Assembly: GCA_963748215.1 (NCBI GenBank)
Contig: CAVVHS010000006.1
Location: 256,001 to 320,000 of the forward strand
Origin: an uncultured Gammaproteobacteria bacterium
GTDB taxonomy: Bacteria > Pseudomonadota > Gammaproteobacteria > UBA9214
Direction: 5' to 3'
DNA: 64,000 bases
Part shown: positions 34,239 to 44,784 of the stretch, in pieces
How the letters are laid out: each line of letters opens with the position of its first letter
Position numbering within the stretch: the stretch's first letter is position 1
Translations under genes and position numbers: made by a program
Notes under the pieces: generated by a model
Seen by the model: the letters and a program-made list of their open reading frames with translations, nothing else
The model's database searches: none
What the model was told of the DNA's origin: nothing

Positions 34239-35603
34239 CTACGGGACATGCTTTTCCAGCAGGAGGCGTTCTTGCTGTGTAATCTCTTGCAACCGGTTGC
34301 GCTGCTGTATGGGTACCCGGTCAAGGTCCATCACGTGCTCGCTATAGGACGCGGTCGCATCGAGCGCAGTATCGATGCACCGGGTGATCTTTTCGCTCGT
34401 CAGGCCAAAGGCCTCGCCCAGATCCACATAGAAGGCCCCGTGATCTGCATATCCGGACGGGTCAAACGGGATCGCGCTGACCAGGTTATGGCGTGGCCAG
34501 GCCCGCATGGGCGCCGGGTCATAGACCGGTGCCAGCCGGCAGTCAGGCAGCCCGCCCAGCAGCGATATATTATCCAGGTGCAGGTCGCCGTTCCCGGTCA
34601 GCAGCGCCATCAGGAACCGGCGGTACAGCTGTTCTCCCGTATCGTCTTCCAGTGCGGCAACCTGACCCAGTCGTTCAATGACATCACCCAGTTCGTTCAG
34701 CAGAATATCGCCGGTCTCGCGGAAGCGGTGATTGCCGGTCGCAATCACCGAGAACAGGGACTCCATCGGTATCGGCTTGCCATCCACCCGGTCAAAGCGC
34801 TCGACCGCCAGGAAATGCAGCCCGTCATCGTCGTAGCGATGCCAGGCCGGCACCTCGAAGCCGGCCTCGCGATGGATGTCCAGGCACAGGGCTTCAAGGT
34901 CCAGCAGGCCGGTATATTCCGGGGGCTCGATTTTCAGCACGACATCGCTATTATCCCTTGTCCCGGGCGGATAAAAATCGGGTTCACCGCTGCCTGGCAC
35001 CATCGATACCAGCAGCTTCGGGATCATGCCGCCTACCGATGGCGTTGGCCCGAGTGTCTCCTCGATCAGTTGTGCATCGAAGTCGATGTTTTCATCCAGC
35101 ACATCGTGTTTGAGCATGCGCCAGAGCTGGGAGCGACGGCTGGAGGGCCTGGCGGTCGCAACGGCCTCGCGAGGATCGGTAGCGGTGAGATACCAGTGCT
35201 CGGCAACGATGTCGTCCGGGAACACGTCGATGTGCCCGATACCGCCATGCCCGCCCAGCATGAGTAATTGCCATTCCGTCTCCATGCCGGGTGGTGGTTC
35301 CTTTCCCGACCGGGCGCGCAGCATATCGAGGTAATGCCGGCGCTGCAGGTTGCGCGGATTATTGCCGGGTATCAGGCTTAGCAAGCGGGGAAACACCGGT
35401 ATCCGTTCGCTGACGGGGTAGGTGACGGTGTCGGTTCCCCAGATGGCACCGTCGCCCAGCAGGCAGAATCCCGGGCGGCCGAAGGTGAGGTATTCCCTCG
35501 TGTAGGTAAAGGCGGCCTGCTCACCGGATAACACCAGGTGGCCCATTTTCTCGGGCACCCCGGACAGTCGGGTCCAGATCACGGCATGCAGGTCGCGCGC
35601 CAT
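34239..35603 (-). CDS. HipA-like Ser/Thr kinase toxin
   Basis: SVGGMIPK P-loop, LAVERFDR, GNGDLHLDNIS, LAPVYD, HipA N-terminal domain. Confidence 0.82.
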   Translation of the reverse strand: MARDLHAVIWTRLSGVPEKMGHLVLSGEQAAFTYTREYLTFGRPGFCLLGDGAIWGTDTVTYPVSERIPVFPRLLSLIPGNNPRNLQRRHYLDMLRARSGKEPPPGMETEWQLLMLGGHGGIGHIDVFPDDIVAEHWYLTATDPREAVATARPSSRRSQLWRMLKHDVLDENIDFDAQLIEETLGPTPSVGGMIPKLLVSMVPGSGEPDFYPPGTRDNSDVVLKIEPPEYTGLLDLEALCLDIHREAGFEVPAWHRYDDDGLHFLAVERFDRVDGKPIPMESLFSVIATGNHRFRETGDILLNELGDVIERLGQVAALEDDTGEQLYRRFLMALLTGNGDLHLDNISLLGGLPDCRLAPVYDPAPMRAWPRHNLVSAIPFDPSGYADHGAFYVDLGEAFGLTSEKITRCIDTALDATASYSEHVMDLDRVPIQQRNRLQEITQQERLLLEKHVP

Positions 35604-35605
35604 AC

Positions 35606-35890
35606 CTAGTCCTCCCTGTCTTCCGGGTCACCGGCAGTGCGGAAGAAGGCGCCGGCCTTGATAGCCTCGGCAGCTTTTTCTTTGGAGCGACGCGGAACGA
35701 GCGCCAGTTCGAGATCCAGTTGTGCAGCGAGTTCCTCCAGCGTGGAGGCGCGAATATCCCCGCGGCGTTTGGCCTTGCTCAAGCCCACGGCCGTCAGGCC
35801 GGCCAGCTCCGCCAGCCTGGCCTGGGTCAGGCCACGGGTCCTGGCCGCAGCAACCAGCTGATTGATCAAGGTCTTGATCTGCTCGGACAT
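35606..35890 (-). CDS. XRE-HTH protein, putative HipB-like antitoxin
   Basis: GLTQARLAELAGLT..GLSK; ends 2 bp before the hipA start. Confidence 0.78.
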   Translation of the reverse strand: MSEQIKTLINQLVAAARTRGLTQARLAELAGLTAVGLSKAKRRGDIRASTLEELAAQLDLELALVPRRSKEKAAEAIKAGAFFRTAGDPEDRED

Positions 35891-36121
35891 GGACCGGCTC
35901 AAATATTAAACTATCGTTAAACTTATCGGTTCTGGATGGCCAAAAGTATAGCAAAATTAAACGAATGTATAACACTTTATTGTGTTATGCGGGGCGGGGG
36001 GTGGATTCACCCCCGGCGCCAGGAGGTAATGGTGGCGGGGCAGAGGTGTATTGCTGGCGCTGTCCGTCCAGCGCCCCGCTGGCAGGTGTGCGATGGATTC
36101 CCGGTCTGCCACCCGCACCGA

Positions 36122-36607
36122 ATGCTGATCATTTTGTTCGCCCGACCCGGACTCGATGAGAAGATTCAGTCGGGCGAGTCGACGTTGCAGCAACGGGAGT
36201 ACCGGCAAGAGTCACTGGAGCGAATGCGGCAGAGTTCCTCGCGACTGGTTGCCGTGGATGCGGGGACGGATGCAGCTGTGTTGCGGGAGCGCTATCCGGA
36301 TACCACGCGTTACCTGATCAGCAGTGCCGGGATTCATCTATGGATTGCGCCTGCGCCGTCGCCACAGGAAAACAGTGACCGTCCGCAGGTAAGAGGAACC
36401 TTGCAGCTTCTCGTTGACCGGATACATGTGCCCCTGCAACAGCGCGCAGCCCTGCAAACCGCGCTCGGCGGAGACGTGTGGAATCGTGCGCAGCGTGCCG
36501 AAGATGCCGTGAAGCTGCCGCGTTACAGCGTGCTACTGAACGTCGGTGCGCGCCATGAGCCCTGGCTGGCGCATATCAAGTCGCTGGATGCCGCGGCCAC
36601 GAATTGA
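36122..36607 (+). pseudogene. C-terminal remnant of a DUF4824-like protein
   Basis: SRLVAVDAGTDAAVLRERYPD..RY, RIHVP, PRYSV.L.VGARHEPW; no matching N-terminus (family recalled, not searched). Confidence 0.5.
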
Positions 36608-36965
36608 TTCCTGCTGCAGGGGGTTGTTCCATGGCAGTCACTTCGTCGGCTGCGGGCCGCGACTTGATCCCGGTCACCTGATGTGAAAGAAGAGTGACCA
36701 AAGGGCGACATTTGCATTGGCGTTGCAAAGTCGTGTGCAACCGGAATTTATATATCAGCCGATTGCCGCCTTGCGGCCGGCGAGTGACTGCGCTCGACCT
36801 TGGCCGGAAGACAAGCGCCACAGATAGAAGGTCTGAAAGGTGGGCGAACCCGGACGTTAATATCATCCAGTCTGGCCGGTTTATTCAGTCGTAAACGCTT
36901 GTTCGGTAGACAATCCGGTGAACTGCACCGAGTTGCAGCTGCTTCCCGTTATGGCATAGCCGGCA

Positions 36966-37460
36966 TTAGCCACTGCGACCGTTCTTCTCCAGGGTAGCGA
37001 CCACGTCCTGGAACATTTCCCTGTTGTGCTCACTGAGATCCATCAGCGCACGGTGACTATCAATCAGGGTGCGCGCCAGGGTCTCCCTGTCGGCGTTCTC
37101 CTGTGGCACCTCCCTTGATACACCTGCCTCCAGGCCGGTATCCTCGACGATATCAAAAACTTCATCCAGGGCCATGCTGGTCAGTACGGAATTGATGTCA
37201 GCGCGGTTCGACACGACGGTAACTCGCGGGCCGCGGAGTCCCCGCATCCGGTTGGCGATACGGGCGAGCAGGCCGAGATTGGTGCTGTCGATGCTGTCGG
37301 TTTCTGTGAGATCGATGATAAAGCCTGCCGGGGTCGGTCCGGCAAAAATCCCTTCCAGAAAGCGTTCGAGGGAGGGACTCAGGGTATAGCGGATATCCCC
37401 GATAAAACGCAGCACATGAACGTCATCGTGGCGGGCATGCAGGACGTTGCCGTTATCCAT
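36966..37460 (-). CDS. STAS anti-sigma antagonist, RssC-like
   Basis: LRFIGDIRY, IDLTETDSIDSTNLGLLA, HRALMDLSEHNREMFQDVV. Confidence 0.85.
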   Translation of the reverse strand: MDNGNVLHARHDDVHVLRFIGDIRYTLSPSLERFLEGIFAGPTPAGFIIDLTETDSIDSTNLGLLARIANRMRGLRGPRVTVVSNRADINSVLTSMALDEVFDIVEDTGLEAGVSREVPQENADRETLARTLIDSHRALMDLSEHNREMFQDVVATLEKNGRSG

Positions 37461-38652
37461 CGTCTCGACGCCTGCTGATCACCAGGAAGGCAATGTCATC
37501 CGGCAGGTGCTTGTCTGCCAGGACATCGAGGCCGGCTGTCAACTCATCCAGATCCAGTTCCGTCGCTTGCGTACCCGATAGCAGGGCAGCGTATCTTTTC
37601 AGCATGGTGTCTTCGGGCATCAATTCCAGAATCCCGTCAGATACCAGTACCAGTACGCATTCCGCCGGCAGGTCGCACTGCGTGACCCTGTATTCCGCGT
37701 CTTCAAAAAGTCCGAGCGGCCGTCCCGGGCATACGAGTGTCCGGACCTCACGCCCGTCGTATAGTAGCGGGTAGGGGAATTGCCCCCCGTTGCAGTAACG
37801 CAGGGTGTGCTGCTCCAGGTCAATGACCCCGAAGAACAGGGTGAGGTGCTGATCCAGGTTCTGGCGGCACATATCACGGTTGAGACGCTGCAGGGTTCGC
37901 TGCGGGTGCAGTATAGTATCGTCACCCGACTGCCATAACGCATCACGGTACTGGATCACCAGTGTTCTGATCATCACGGTCACGAACGCCGAGGCCGCGC
38001 CATGACCGGAGACATCCGCCATGTAGAAGCCGAAATGTCCGGCATCGATGGGGAAGTAGTCGACAAAGTCCCCGCTGAGATACATGGACGGGTACAGGCG
38101 CCGCCGGAAGGTGTAGCTGTCGAAGCTGATGTTGTCTTCCGGCAGTAACTGGAACTGGATCTTGCGCCCGGCCTCTTCATCGTCCTGGAGCTGCTCCAGG
38201 GTGTGGGTCAGCTCCCGGTTCAGCTTTTCCAGGTGTTCACGGTATTCCCGGTTCTGGCGCAGAAGTTCCGCATGCACGATTACCCGTTGTACAGCGCTTT
38301 CCAGCACCGCCATATCTTGAATGGGCTTGGTGACATAGTCCCAGGCGCCGCGCTTGAGTGCCTGTATGGCGTCATTGAGCAGGCTGACACCGGAGACCAC
38401 GATCACCGGCGTCTCCGGTGATTCGGCGGTGATGGTGGACAGGACCTCCAGGCCATCCATGCCCGGCAGGCGCAGGTCGCATAACACCACATCCGGGCGT
38501 TCACGCCGGAAAACCTCCAGGCCGGTGGGGCCGTCGATGGCTTCCAGCATGGTAAAGCCGCTGTCCTCGAGGTAGGCGACAATACCGTTGCGGACTGGCG
38601 GTTCGTCCTCGATAGTGAGGATTCTGGCTGGTGCGGTCATCGTGTTGTCCAT
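37453..38652 (-). CDS. Receiver + PP2C/SpoIIE response regulator, Pseudomonas RssB-like
   Basis: LCDLRLP, WDYVTKP, LSGDFVDY, ADVSGHGAASAF, SDG, PDDI. Confidence 0.85.
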   Translation of the reverse strand: MDNTMTAPARILTIEDEPPVRNGIVAYLEDSGFTMLEAIDGPTGLEVFRRERPDVVLCDLRLPGMDGLEVLSTITAESPETPVIVVSGVSLLNDAIQALKRGAWDYVTKPIQDMAVLESAVQRVIVHAELLRQNREYREHLEKLNRELTHTLEQLQDDEEAGRKIQFQLLPEDNISFDSYTFRRRLYPSMYLSGDFVDYFPIDAGHFGFYMADVSGHGAASAFVTVMIRTLVIQYRDALWQSGDDTILHPQRTLQRLNRDMCRQNLDQHLTLFFGVIDLEQHTLRYCNGGQFPYPLLYDGREVRTLVCPGRPLGLFEDAEYRVTQCDLPAECVLVLVSDGILELMPEDTMLKRYAALLSGTQATELDLDELTAGLDVLADKHLPDDIAFLVISRRRDDG

Positions 38653-38655
38653 AAG

Positions 38656-39036
38656 CTAGACCCTGCCGATTGCCAGCGCTGCTACCGTTTTTGACAGCGA
38701 TGTCATGTCTATCACCGGTTTGGCGAAAAACAGCCTTTCGTCAATTCCCATTGCGCGCAGATCATCCGGGATGCTGTACTCTGCCGAACCGGTATGGATG
38801 ATGAATTTCAGGTGGGGGCAAATTTCATGCAGGGCACGAATCGTGGTGTCGCCGTTCATGCCGGGTAGCCGCAGATCCATGATGCACACATCGAAGCTGC
38901 AATCATTGCGTGCGATGTCAACGGCCTCTTCACCGGAACTCGCGCTGATCACCTGCATGCCCTCATCCTCCAGAAAGACGCACAGTCCGGTGACGATAGA
39001 CGGTTCATCATCCACTATCAGTACCCGTGGACTCAT
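38656..39036 (-). CDS. Stand-alone receiver domain protein
   Basis: IVDDE, IMDLRLPG, HTG, AKP. Confidence 0.88.
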   Translation of the reverse strand: MSPRVLIVDDEPSIVTGLCVFLEDEGMQVISASSGEEAVDIARNDCSFDVCIMDLRLPGMNGDTTIRALHEICPHLKFIIHTGSAEYSIPDDLRAMGIDERLFFAKPVIDMTSLSKTVAALAIGRV

Positions 39037-42000
39037 GAAGGGGGCCTCCCCTGCAACGGCAGGCGAATGGTAAAACAGGTACCTTTCCCGGGGGTCGAAG
39101 AGACGTCTATCGTGCCCTTGTGCTGGTCGGTAATGATGAAATAGGACACGGAGAGTCCCAGGCCGGTTCCCACTCCCACCGCCTTGGTGGTAAAGAATGG
39201 TTCAAATACACGGCGCTGCGTCTGCTTGTCAATGCCGGGACCGTTGTCCTTCACCTCGATGCGTCCGTATTCGCCCTCCCTGCGGGTACGCAGGATAATA
39301 CGGTGCGGGCGGGGAGTGCCACCCTCGGCCATGGCCTGGGCGGCATTCTTGACCAGGTTGAGCAGCACTTGTTCGATTTCCGTATGGTCGCAAACCAGGG
39401 TTTCGAGTTCCGGGTCCAAGTCATGCACGATCTCGACCTGCTTGAAATCATACTTTTTCTTTAGATCGTAGTCGCTGGCAGCCAGGCGCACCACGGTATC
39501 CAGCATGTCCTCGACACGTGCCGGCTGGAAGTCGGTGGTGGTGCTGCGACTGTAGGCCAGCATATCGGCAACGATATGACTGGCGCGGCTGGCGGACTGC
39601 TGGATGGTGTTCACGAATTCGAGGATGCCTCGTTCATCCAGATAACGATACACCCGTTCCAGGTCAACACCCAGTGCCTCGGCGGTACGCCGATTGGGTT
39701 CCAGGTCGGGCGAGAGCCGGCGCAGGATGTTCTGGCTGCTTTGCAACACGCCGCTCAGGGGGTTGTTGATCTCGTGCGCCATCCCGGCGGCAAGCCCGCC
39801 TACGGACATCATCTTTTCCGTCTGCACCATCATCTGCTCGATACGCACCCGGCTGGTGATGTCATCGATCCGGATCACTGCGCCGGCCGACCCGTCTGCC
39901 AGCAAGGGGTAGACCATGACATCAGCATACTGTGGCTCACCGTTCTTTTCCGTTATCAGTCGTTCCATTCGCAGCGGGGTATGTGTGCGGATCGCTTCCC
40001 GCATATTATTGAATTGCGATTCGAGCTCGGGGAACAGCTTTCTGAACGACTGGCCGATGGCACTGTCGGTCGGCACGCCGGTGGCCGATTCGGCACTCTG
40101 GTTCCATTCGGTGACCCGGCCTTTCTTGTCCACTCCGACCAGTACCGAGGGCATGGAATCGATAATGTTTTTGAGATAGGTACGCATGCGCTGCAACTCC
40201 CGGTCGCTGCGTATACGCTCGGAAATGTCGACAATGGCGCTCAGGATGAGCAGTTCCTGGCCCGTTTCGACCGGACTGAGGCCGACCTCGATGGGAAACT
40301 CGCTGCCGTCCTTGCGCAGGCCGAACAGGTTACGCCCCAGCCCCATAGGGCGGGCGCGATGTTCGGTCTTGAAGCTCTTGACGTGATCCGGGTGGTTCTC
40401 ACGATGGCGTTCGGGTATCAGCAACTCAACGGGTTTTCCCAGCATCTCGTCCCGCTGGTAGCCGAAGTATTTTTCCGTCTGTGAATTAACCAGCATAATC
40501 CGGCTTTCCGAGTCCACCATGACGATGGCATTGGGCGCCGATTCGACGACCAGCCGGAACATCCTCTCCGCGTGTTCGCGCTGGCTGGTATCCTCGACTT
40601 CTCCTACCAGCATCCGCGGATTGCCGTGCGCATCCCGCACCAGACCGGCACGTGCCCGCCCGGTGATGATGACACCGTCACGCCGGATATAGCGTTTCTC
40701 CTGTTCATAGCTGTCGATGTCACCGCGAGCCAGGGCCTGAAATCCTGTCCTGGTTTCGTCCCGGTCATCGGGATGGGTGATGTCCTCGATAGTCATGCGG
40801 GTGAGTTCATCGGCTGTATAGCCAAGAATATTGCAGAAGGCCGGATTGACGCTGAGCAGACGGCCATCCAGCTCGGATGTCACTATGCCAATAGGGGCGT
40901 TTTGCAGCGTCAGGCGCAGTTGTTCCTCGCGCTCCCTGAGTTGCTCCTGTGCCTGCTGCCGTACCGTGATGTCCTCGCCGGAACTCAATGTCGCGGATAT
41001 GTTGCCCTCATCGTCATACAGGATGGTGTTGTGCCAGGCTATCAGCCGTTCCTCGCCACTGTGGGTCACAACGGGATTCTGGTAGTACTCGAGGAGTTCA
41101 CCCTCCTGTGTCATCAGCTTCATGAATATTTTCCTGATTTCCTCCCTGACATCAGCCGGTATGTAATTGTCAAACCAGTTCTTGCCAATGATGTCCGATT
41201 CATTGGCGCCCAGCAAATCACAGCCTTTCCTGTTGATCAGGCTGATCCGCTGATCGGCGTCAATAACCATCATGATGACGCCGGCGACATCGAGATAGCG
41301 CTGTGCCTTGTTTCTTTCCAGCATGAGGGCCTGTTCAGTCTGCTGGCGGTAGATCTCGCTGCCGACCCATTGGCTCATCAGCCGGAGGATTTCCACGTCG
41401 GCGGCCGTAAAGCGGCTATTGCGCGGATGCGGGCTGGAAAAGTTGAGGGTTCCGTAGACCTCGCTGCCAGCGACCACCGGTATCCCGAGGTAGGTTTCCA
41501 GTTTGAATTCACGGTAGCAGGGGTGAGTCTTCCAGTCCGAGTGCGCGGCATGCTCAAAGCCGATGGGACCGTTGGCCCTGAGCGTTTCACGGCAGTAGGT
41601 ATTGCCAAGCTCAAGCACGGTGCCCGGGACGATGGATTCGTCGGGGGAGATGGCCTGAACGACCTCGTACTGGTCCTCATGGACATGGGCGAGTATCCCG
41701 ATCGGCAACTTGAACTGCCTGCAGCCGTTTTCAATCAATGCCCTGACCCTGTCATGGAACGGCAGGTTGTGCGCCGAGGTGATTTCATGCAGCGCGCGCA
41801 GTGCGTCCTCGGTTTGCCCGCGCTCGGATATTTCTTTTTTCAGTGCCCGTTCTGCCCGGTGTCGTTCATTTATCTCCGATTCCAGCTGGGTGTTGATGGT
41901 TGATAATTGCTGGGTGCGGCTGGCGACGCGTTTTTCAAGCTGGTCACGGGATTCGCGCAGCGCCTGCTCAGCGCTGCTGCGCCGCCGCTCTGCCTGCCTG

Positions 42001-42827
42001 ATCAGCACGGCCATGATGCTGCTGAACAGCATAAACACCATCAAGATCGTGATTGCCTTGCGTCGCAGCGATCTTTTGTTTACGGCAAACAGATTGGCGG
42101 CAGGCAAATCGGCAAGCGTCCACAGGCTTCCTTCGACATCGGTCGAGAAAGCGATGCGTGACAACTCCTCCGGGCTCAGGGTGGTTTTACCCTGCAGATC
42201 TGAACGTGTGCCATCGGCGGTAACTTCAATAAGGCCCGGCTTGTCACGGTGCAGCAGGATGAGTTGGTGGTCGTGCAACTGGCTGTTGGCAAGGATACGT
42301 GCCAGGAGCGCCGGATCGAGGCTGATAAAGAAAATCCCCCGGTCTCCGGCTGTACTCCGCCAGTTGGACATGATGTCAAAGTGATAGCCAAGCGGGTTGG
42401 GATGGATGAAAACCTTTTGATCGTCCCCGGCGGCGAACTGATTGATGTCAGCCTGGCACAGGTCGGCGACCTTGCCCTCGAGATCATCCAGCAGCACCTC
42501 TCCCCGATCATTGGTGATGGTATAGGCGAAAAAGTCGGGAAAATGCCGTTTGACCCTGTCGGTAAACTGCTCCTGTAGTGCTTCATCCGCCTGGTTCCGG
42601 GACAGTTTGCCGATGGTCTCGCCTTCCTCTTCGGCAAACAGGTCTACACGCCGGCGGACCTCCCTGATATAGATTTCAATGATACTGGCCGCACCCCGGG
42701 TGGATTGCTCCATCTGGACCTGCTGGCTGTTCAGGTAACCTACCTGGCTCCTGTCCACATAACCGAACAGGAAAAAGCCGATCAGGAACAGCGTAACAAT
42801 GATCAGAATCCAGGTGTAATTCTTCAT
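39033..42827 (-). CDS. Membrane sensor histidine kinase (periplasmic domain, GAF, four PAS, HisKA, HATPase)
   Basis: Two TMs, GAF, four PAS repeats, AHEINNPL, NLVKNA, DNGPG, FFTTK..GTGLGL. Confidence 0.92.
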   Translation of the reverse strand: MKNYTWILIIVTLFLIGFFLFGYVDRSQVGYLNSQQVQMEQSTRGAASIIEIYIREVRRRVDLFAEEEGETIGKLSRNQADEALQEQFTDRVKRHFPDFFAYTITNDRGEVLLDDLEGKVADLCQADINQFAAGDDQKVFIHPNPLGYHFDIMSNWRSTAGDRGIFFISLDPALLARILANSQLHDHQLILLHRDKPGLIEVTADGTRSDLQGKTTLSPEELSRIAFSTDVEGSLWTLADLPAANLFAVNKRSLRRKAITILMVFMLFSSIMAVLIRQAERRRSSAEQALRESRDQLEKRVASRTQQLSTINTQLESEINERHRAERALKKEISERGQTEDALRALHEITSAHNLPFHDRVRALIENGCRQFKLPIGILAHVHEDQYEVVQAISPDESIVPGTVLELGNTYCRETLRANGPIGFEHAAHSDWKTHPCYREFKLETYLGIPVVAGSEVYGTLNFSSPHPRNSRFTAADVEILRLMSQWVGSEIYRQQTEQALMLERNKAQRYLDVAGVIMMVIDADQRISLINRKGCDLLGANESDIIGKNWFDNYIPADVREEIRKIFMKLMTQEGELLEYYQNPVVTHSGEERLIAWHNTILYDDEGNISATLSSGEDITVRQQAQEQLREREEQLRLTLQNAPIGIVTSELDGRLLSVNPAFCNILGYTADELTRMTIEDITHPDDRDETRTGFQALARGDIDSYEQEKRYIRRDGVIITGRARAGLVRDAHGNPRMLVGEVEDTSQREHAERMFRLVVESAPNAIVMVDSESRIMLVNSQTEKYFGYQRDEMLGKPVELLIPERHRENHPDHVKSFKTEHRARPMGLGRNLFGLRKDGSEFPIEVGLSPVETGQELLILSAIVDISERIRSDRELQRMRTYLKNIIDSMPSVLVGVDKKGRVTEWNQSAESATGVPTDSAIGQSFRKLFPELESQFNNMREAIRTHTPLRMERLITEKNGEPQYADVMVYPLLADGSAGAVIRIDDITSRVRIEQMMVQTEKMMSVGGLAAGMAHEINNPLSGVLQSSQNILRRLSPDLEPNRRTAEALGVDLERVYRYLDERGILEFVNTIQQSASRASHIVADMLAYSRSTTTDFQPARVEDMLDTVVRLAASDYDLKKKYDFKQVEIVHDLDPELETLVCDHTEIEQVLLNLVKNAAQAMAEGGTPRPHRIILRTRREGEYGRIEVKDNGPGIDKQTQRRVFEPFFTTKAVGVGTGLGLSVSYFIITDQHKGTIDVSSTPGKGTCFTIRLPLQGRPPS

Positions 42828-43736
42828 CGTAAGATTGCAGTCGCTTCAGATGTGATGACGCTGTAACACTTTATAATTGTAATGGAATTCTGATGAGTAT
42901 AGCTATTGTCAGAAGTGTTTGGCCCATGAGTTGGCTTTTTTGGCTGCAAGCTGTCATGGCCTTGTTCTGAAGAAGTGATGATGGACTTGCAGGATTATCG
43001 GCCCTCGGGATGCATCCCGGTTTAGAAAACACTGCTGTTTAGTCCTGTTTTCTGATGTCCCGGGTATCTGCGCGCTCCCCTGACAGTATGCATTCAGCTG
43101 CTGTGATCTGTTGTCTGTCGAACGCGGATGCCATTGCTTTTCCCCGAGTGACCTGTAAACGCTGTACTGACCAGCGCAGACCGGGCCGGTATCTGCCCTG
43201 TACAGGGTAGACTGACATCCAATAGCTCAAAATTGCCTGTTTTGCGGGTTTACCGGGGCGGCGCCAACCGCCGGCGACCTTTCTGATCATCGGTGTGGGC
43301 GGTGTGGACAGCATGGCTGCCTGAACAGACAGACGGAAACACTCGAGTGCAATATTCTCGATTTATCCCTGGGGGCTGATCAACATATAACACCGCGGTC
43401 ATCAACGCTGGATATACATCTGCAATTACAGGGTATACAGGAAGGTTTCATCTGCTATACATAAATCTGGTTCTCTACAAACGCTGTTAATGGTACTCAA
43501 TAGACAGATAGCCAGGTCTGTTACGACATGTACACCGGGCAACAGTTCATAAAGCGTCGTTTCGGGGTAAGGTTTGTGACTGCAATCGCATCACGAAGCA
43601 TCCGGCCCGTCAACTTGCCATGGCACGTTTCACCTGCTTATACAGTCACTCGAAGGGTGGCTTTGTATATCACAACAATCAGGCCGTATTGCTAGCGAAT
43701 GCCTGCTGCTTACCGGGAAACAAGGGAGGAGTGACC

Positions 43737-44066
43737 ATGACGATATCCGGCCGAGTACACACTGTTGCAGACAACGGGTCTTTGACGATCAGGATCAGCG
43801 GCCCATTGGATCTGTTGCTGACCCTGGCGTTGCGAGAATCCTGCCATGATACCGGTGCAGCCTACCATCGCTATATCGTGGACTTCCAGCAAGTTAGCGT
43901 TGTTCGTGATTCCGGGTTTGCGCTGCTGCTCATGCTGAAGCGCTGGGCAAACCAGGCCGACGCCACGTTGTATGCGATCAATGGTAACAGGGAGTTGATG
44001 CACCGCTGCTTGACGCTGGGTATTCGATTGGCCAGACGAGATGCCGGCAGAGTGTCAGCCTGCTGA
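43737..44066 (+). CDS. STAS domain protein
   Basis: IRISGPLD, VDFQQVSVVRDSGFALLL; GGAGGA RBS before ATG 43737. Confidence 0.65.
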   Translation: MTISGRVHTVADNGSLTIRISGPLDLLLTLALRESCHDTGAAYHRYIVDFQQVSVVRDSGFALLLMLKRWANQADATLYAINGNRELMHRCLTLGIRLARRDAGRVSAC

Positions 44067-44409
44067 CGCTAACAGCTGTGGTTTTTGGCCGAATTACAAC
44101 ATTCTCCAAGCAAGTCCGGGTTAGTAGATGCCCTTGCTGAAGCCGGAAAGCAGAAAGAATTAGTCTGAGTACATACACACGGCCATACATGGAGATTCGA
44201 TAGACCTGTTCGATACGGAGGGTTGCCAGCATAGCAATGTGTTTTTGCGCCTGGTGTAAACAGGCTCATGGCGTTAGTGCCGCAAGGTACCTTCTCAGCG
44301 CGAGGGTGAAGCTTGCAGAAGATCCGCAAGCATCGCGGTTAATTGAACCAGCTGCGGGTATCCTCCCTTGGTTGGATTCCGGTTTGGATCCCGAGACCCC
44401 TGCATGAAT

Positions 44410-44429
44410 GAGGCCCCCGAAGGAGCCTC
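44410..44429. terminator. Hairpin downstream (minus strand) of the duplicated tRNA 3' end
   Basis: GAGGCCCC-CGAA-GGAGCCTC. Confidence 0.4.
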
Positions 44430-44457
44430 TAAAATATTATGAAATTATTCATATATT

Positions 44458-44502
44458 TGGTGGGCGATACTGGGATTGAACCAGTCACCCCAGCCGTGTG
44501 AA
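44458..44502 (-). repeat. att-like duplicate of the tRNA-Val(CAC) 3' portion
   Basis: 43/45 identical to 50376-50420, from the anticodon loop to CCA. Confidence 0.9.
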
Positions 44503-44784
44503 TCGTTGTCAGGCCCGTTCTGTTTCGGGGTGTTGCAAAATATCACAAGCAATATGAATCACGTAGCCTGTTGCGCGGTATGGCCGGATTACGCGGGATT
44601 GCGTTCGCGGTGTGACAAAAGTGTGACAAGAAATCGGTCTGTGGAATGACCCAATGAGCGGCTTTGTTTGCGAACAAACCTCGACGATATTTGTCGCTGT
44701 GTTTATGTGAGGAAAGGGTGTAGCAACCAATTCGTATTACGCAGGTGAAGGATGGAAATAATCCGGAATGGTGCTCTCTATCTG

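Noticed and set aside
36839-36847. GGTGGGCGA as a third att copy
   Set aside because: Only 9 bp match; plausible by chance.
42828-43736. c-di-GMP riboswitch or small genes in the long intergenic region
   Set aside because: No convincing motif, and the short ORFs lack RBS or family features.
44458-44502. Second tRNA-Val gene
   Set aside because: It lacks the 5' acceptor strand and D arm; it is an att duplicate.
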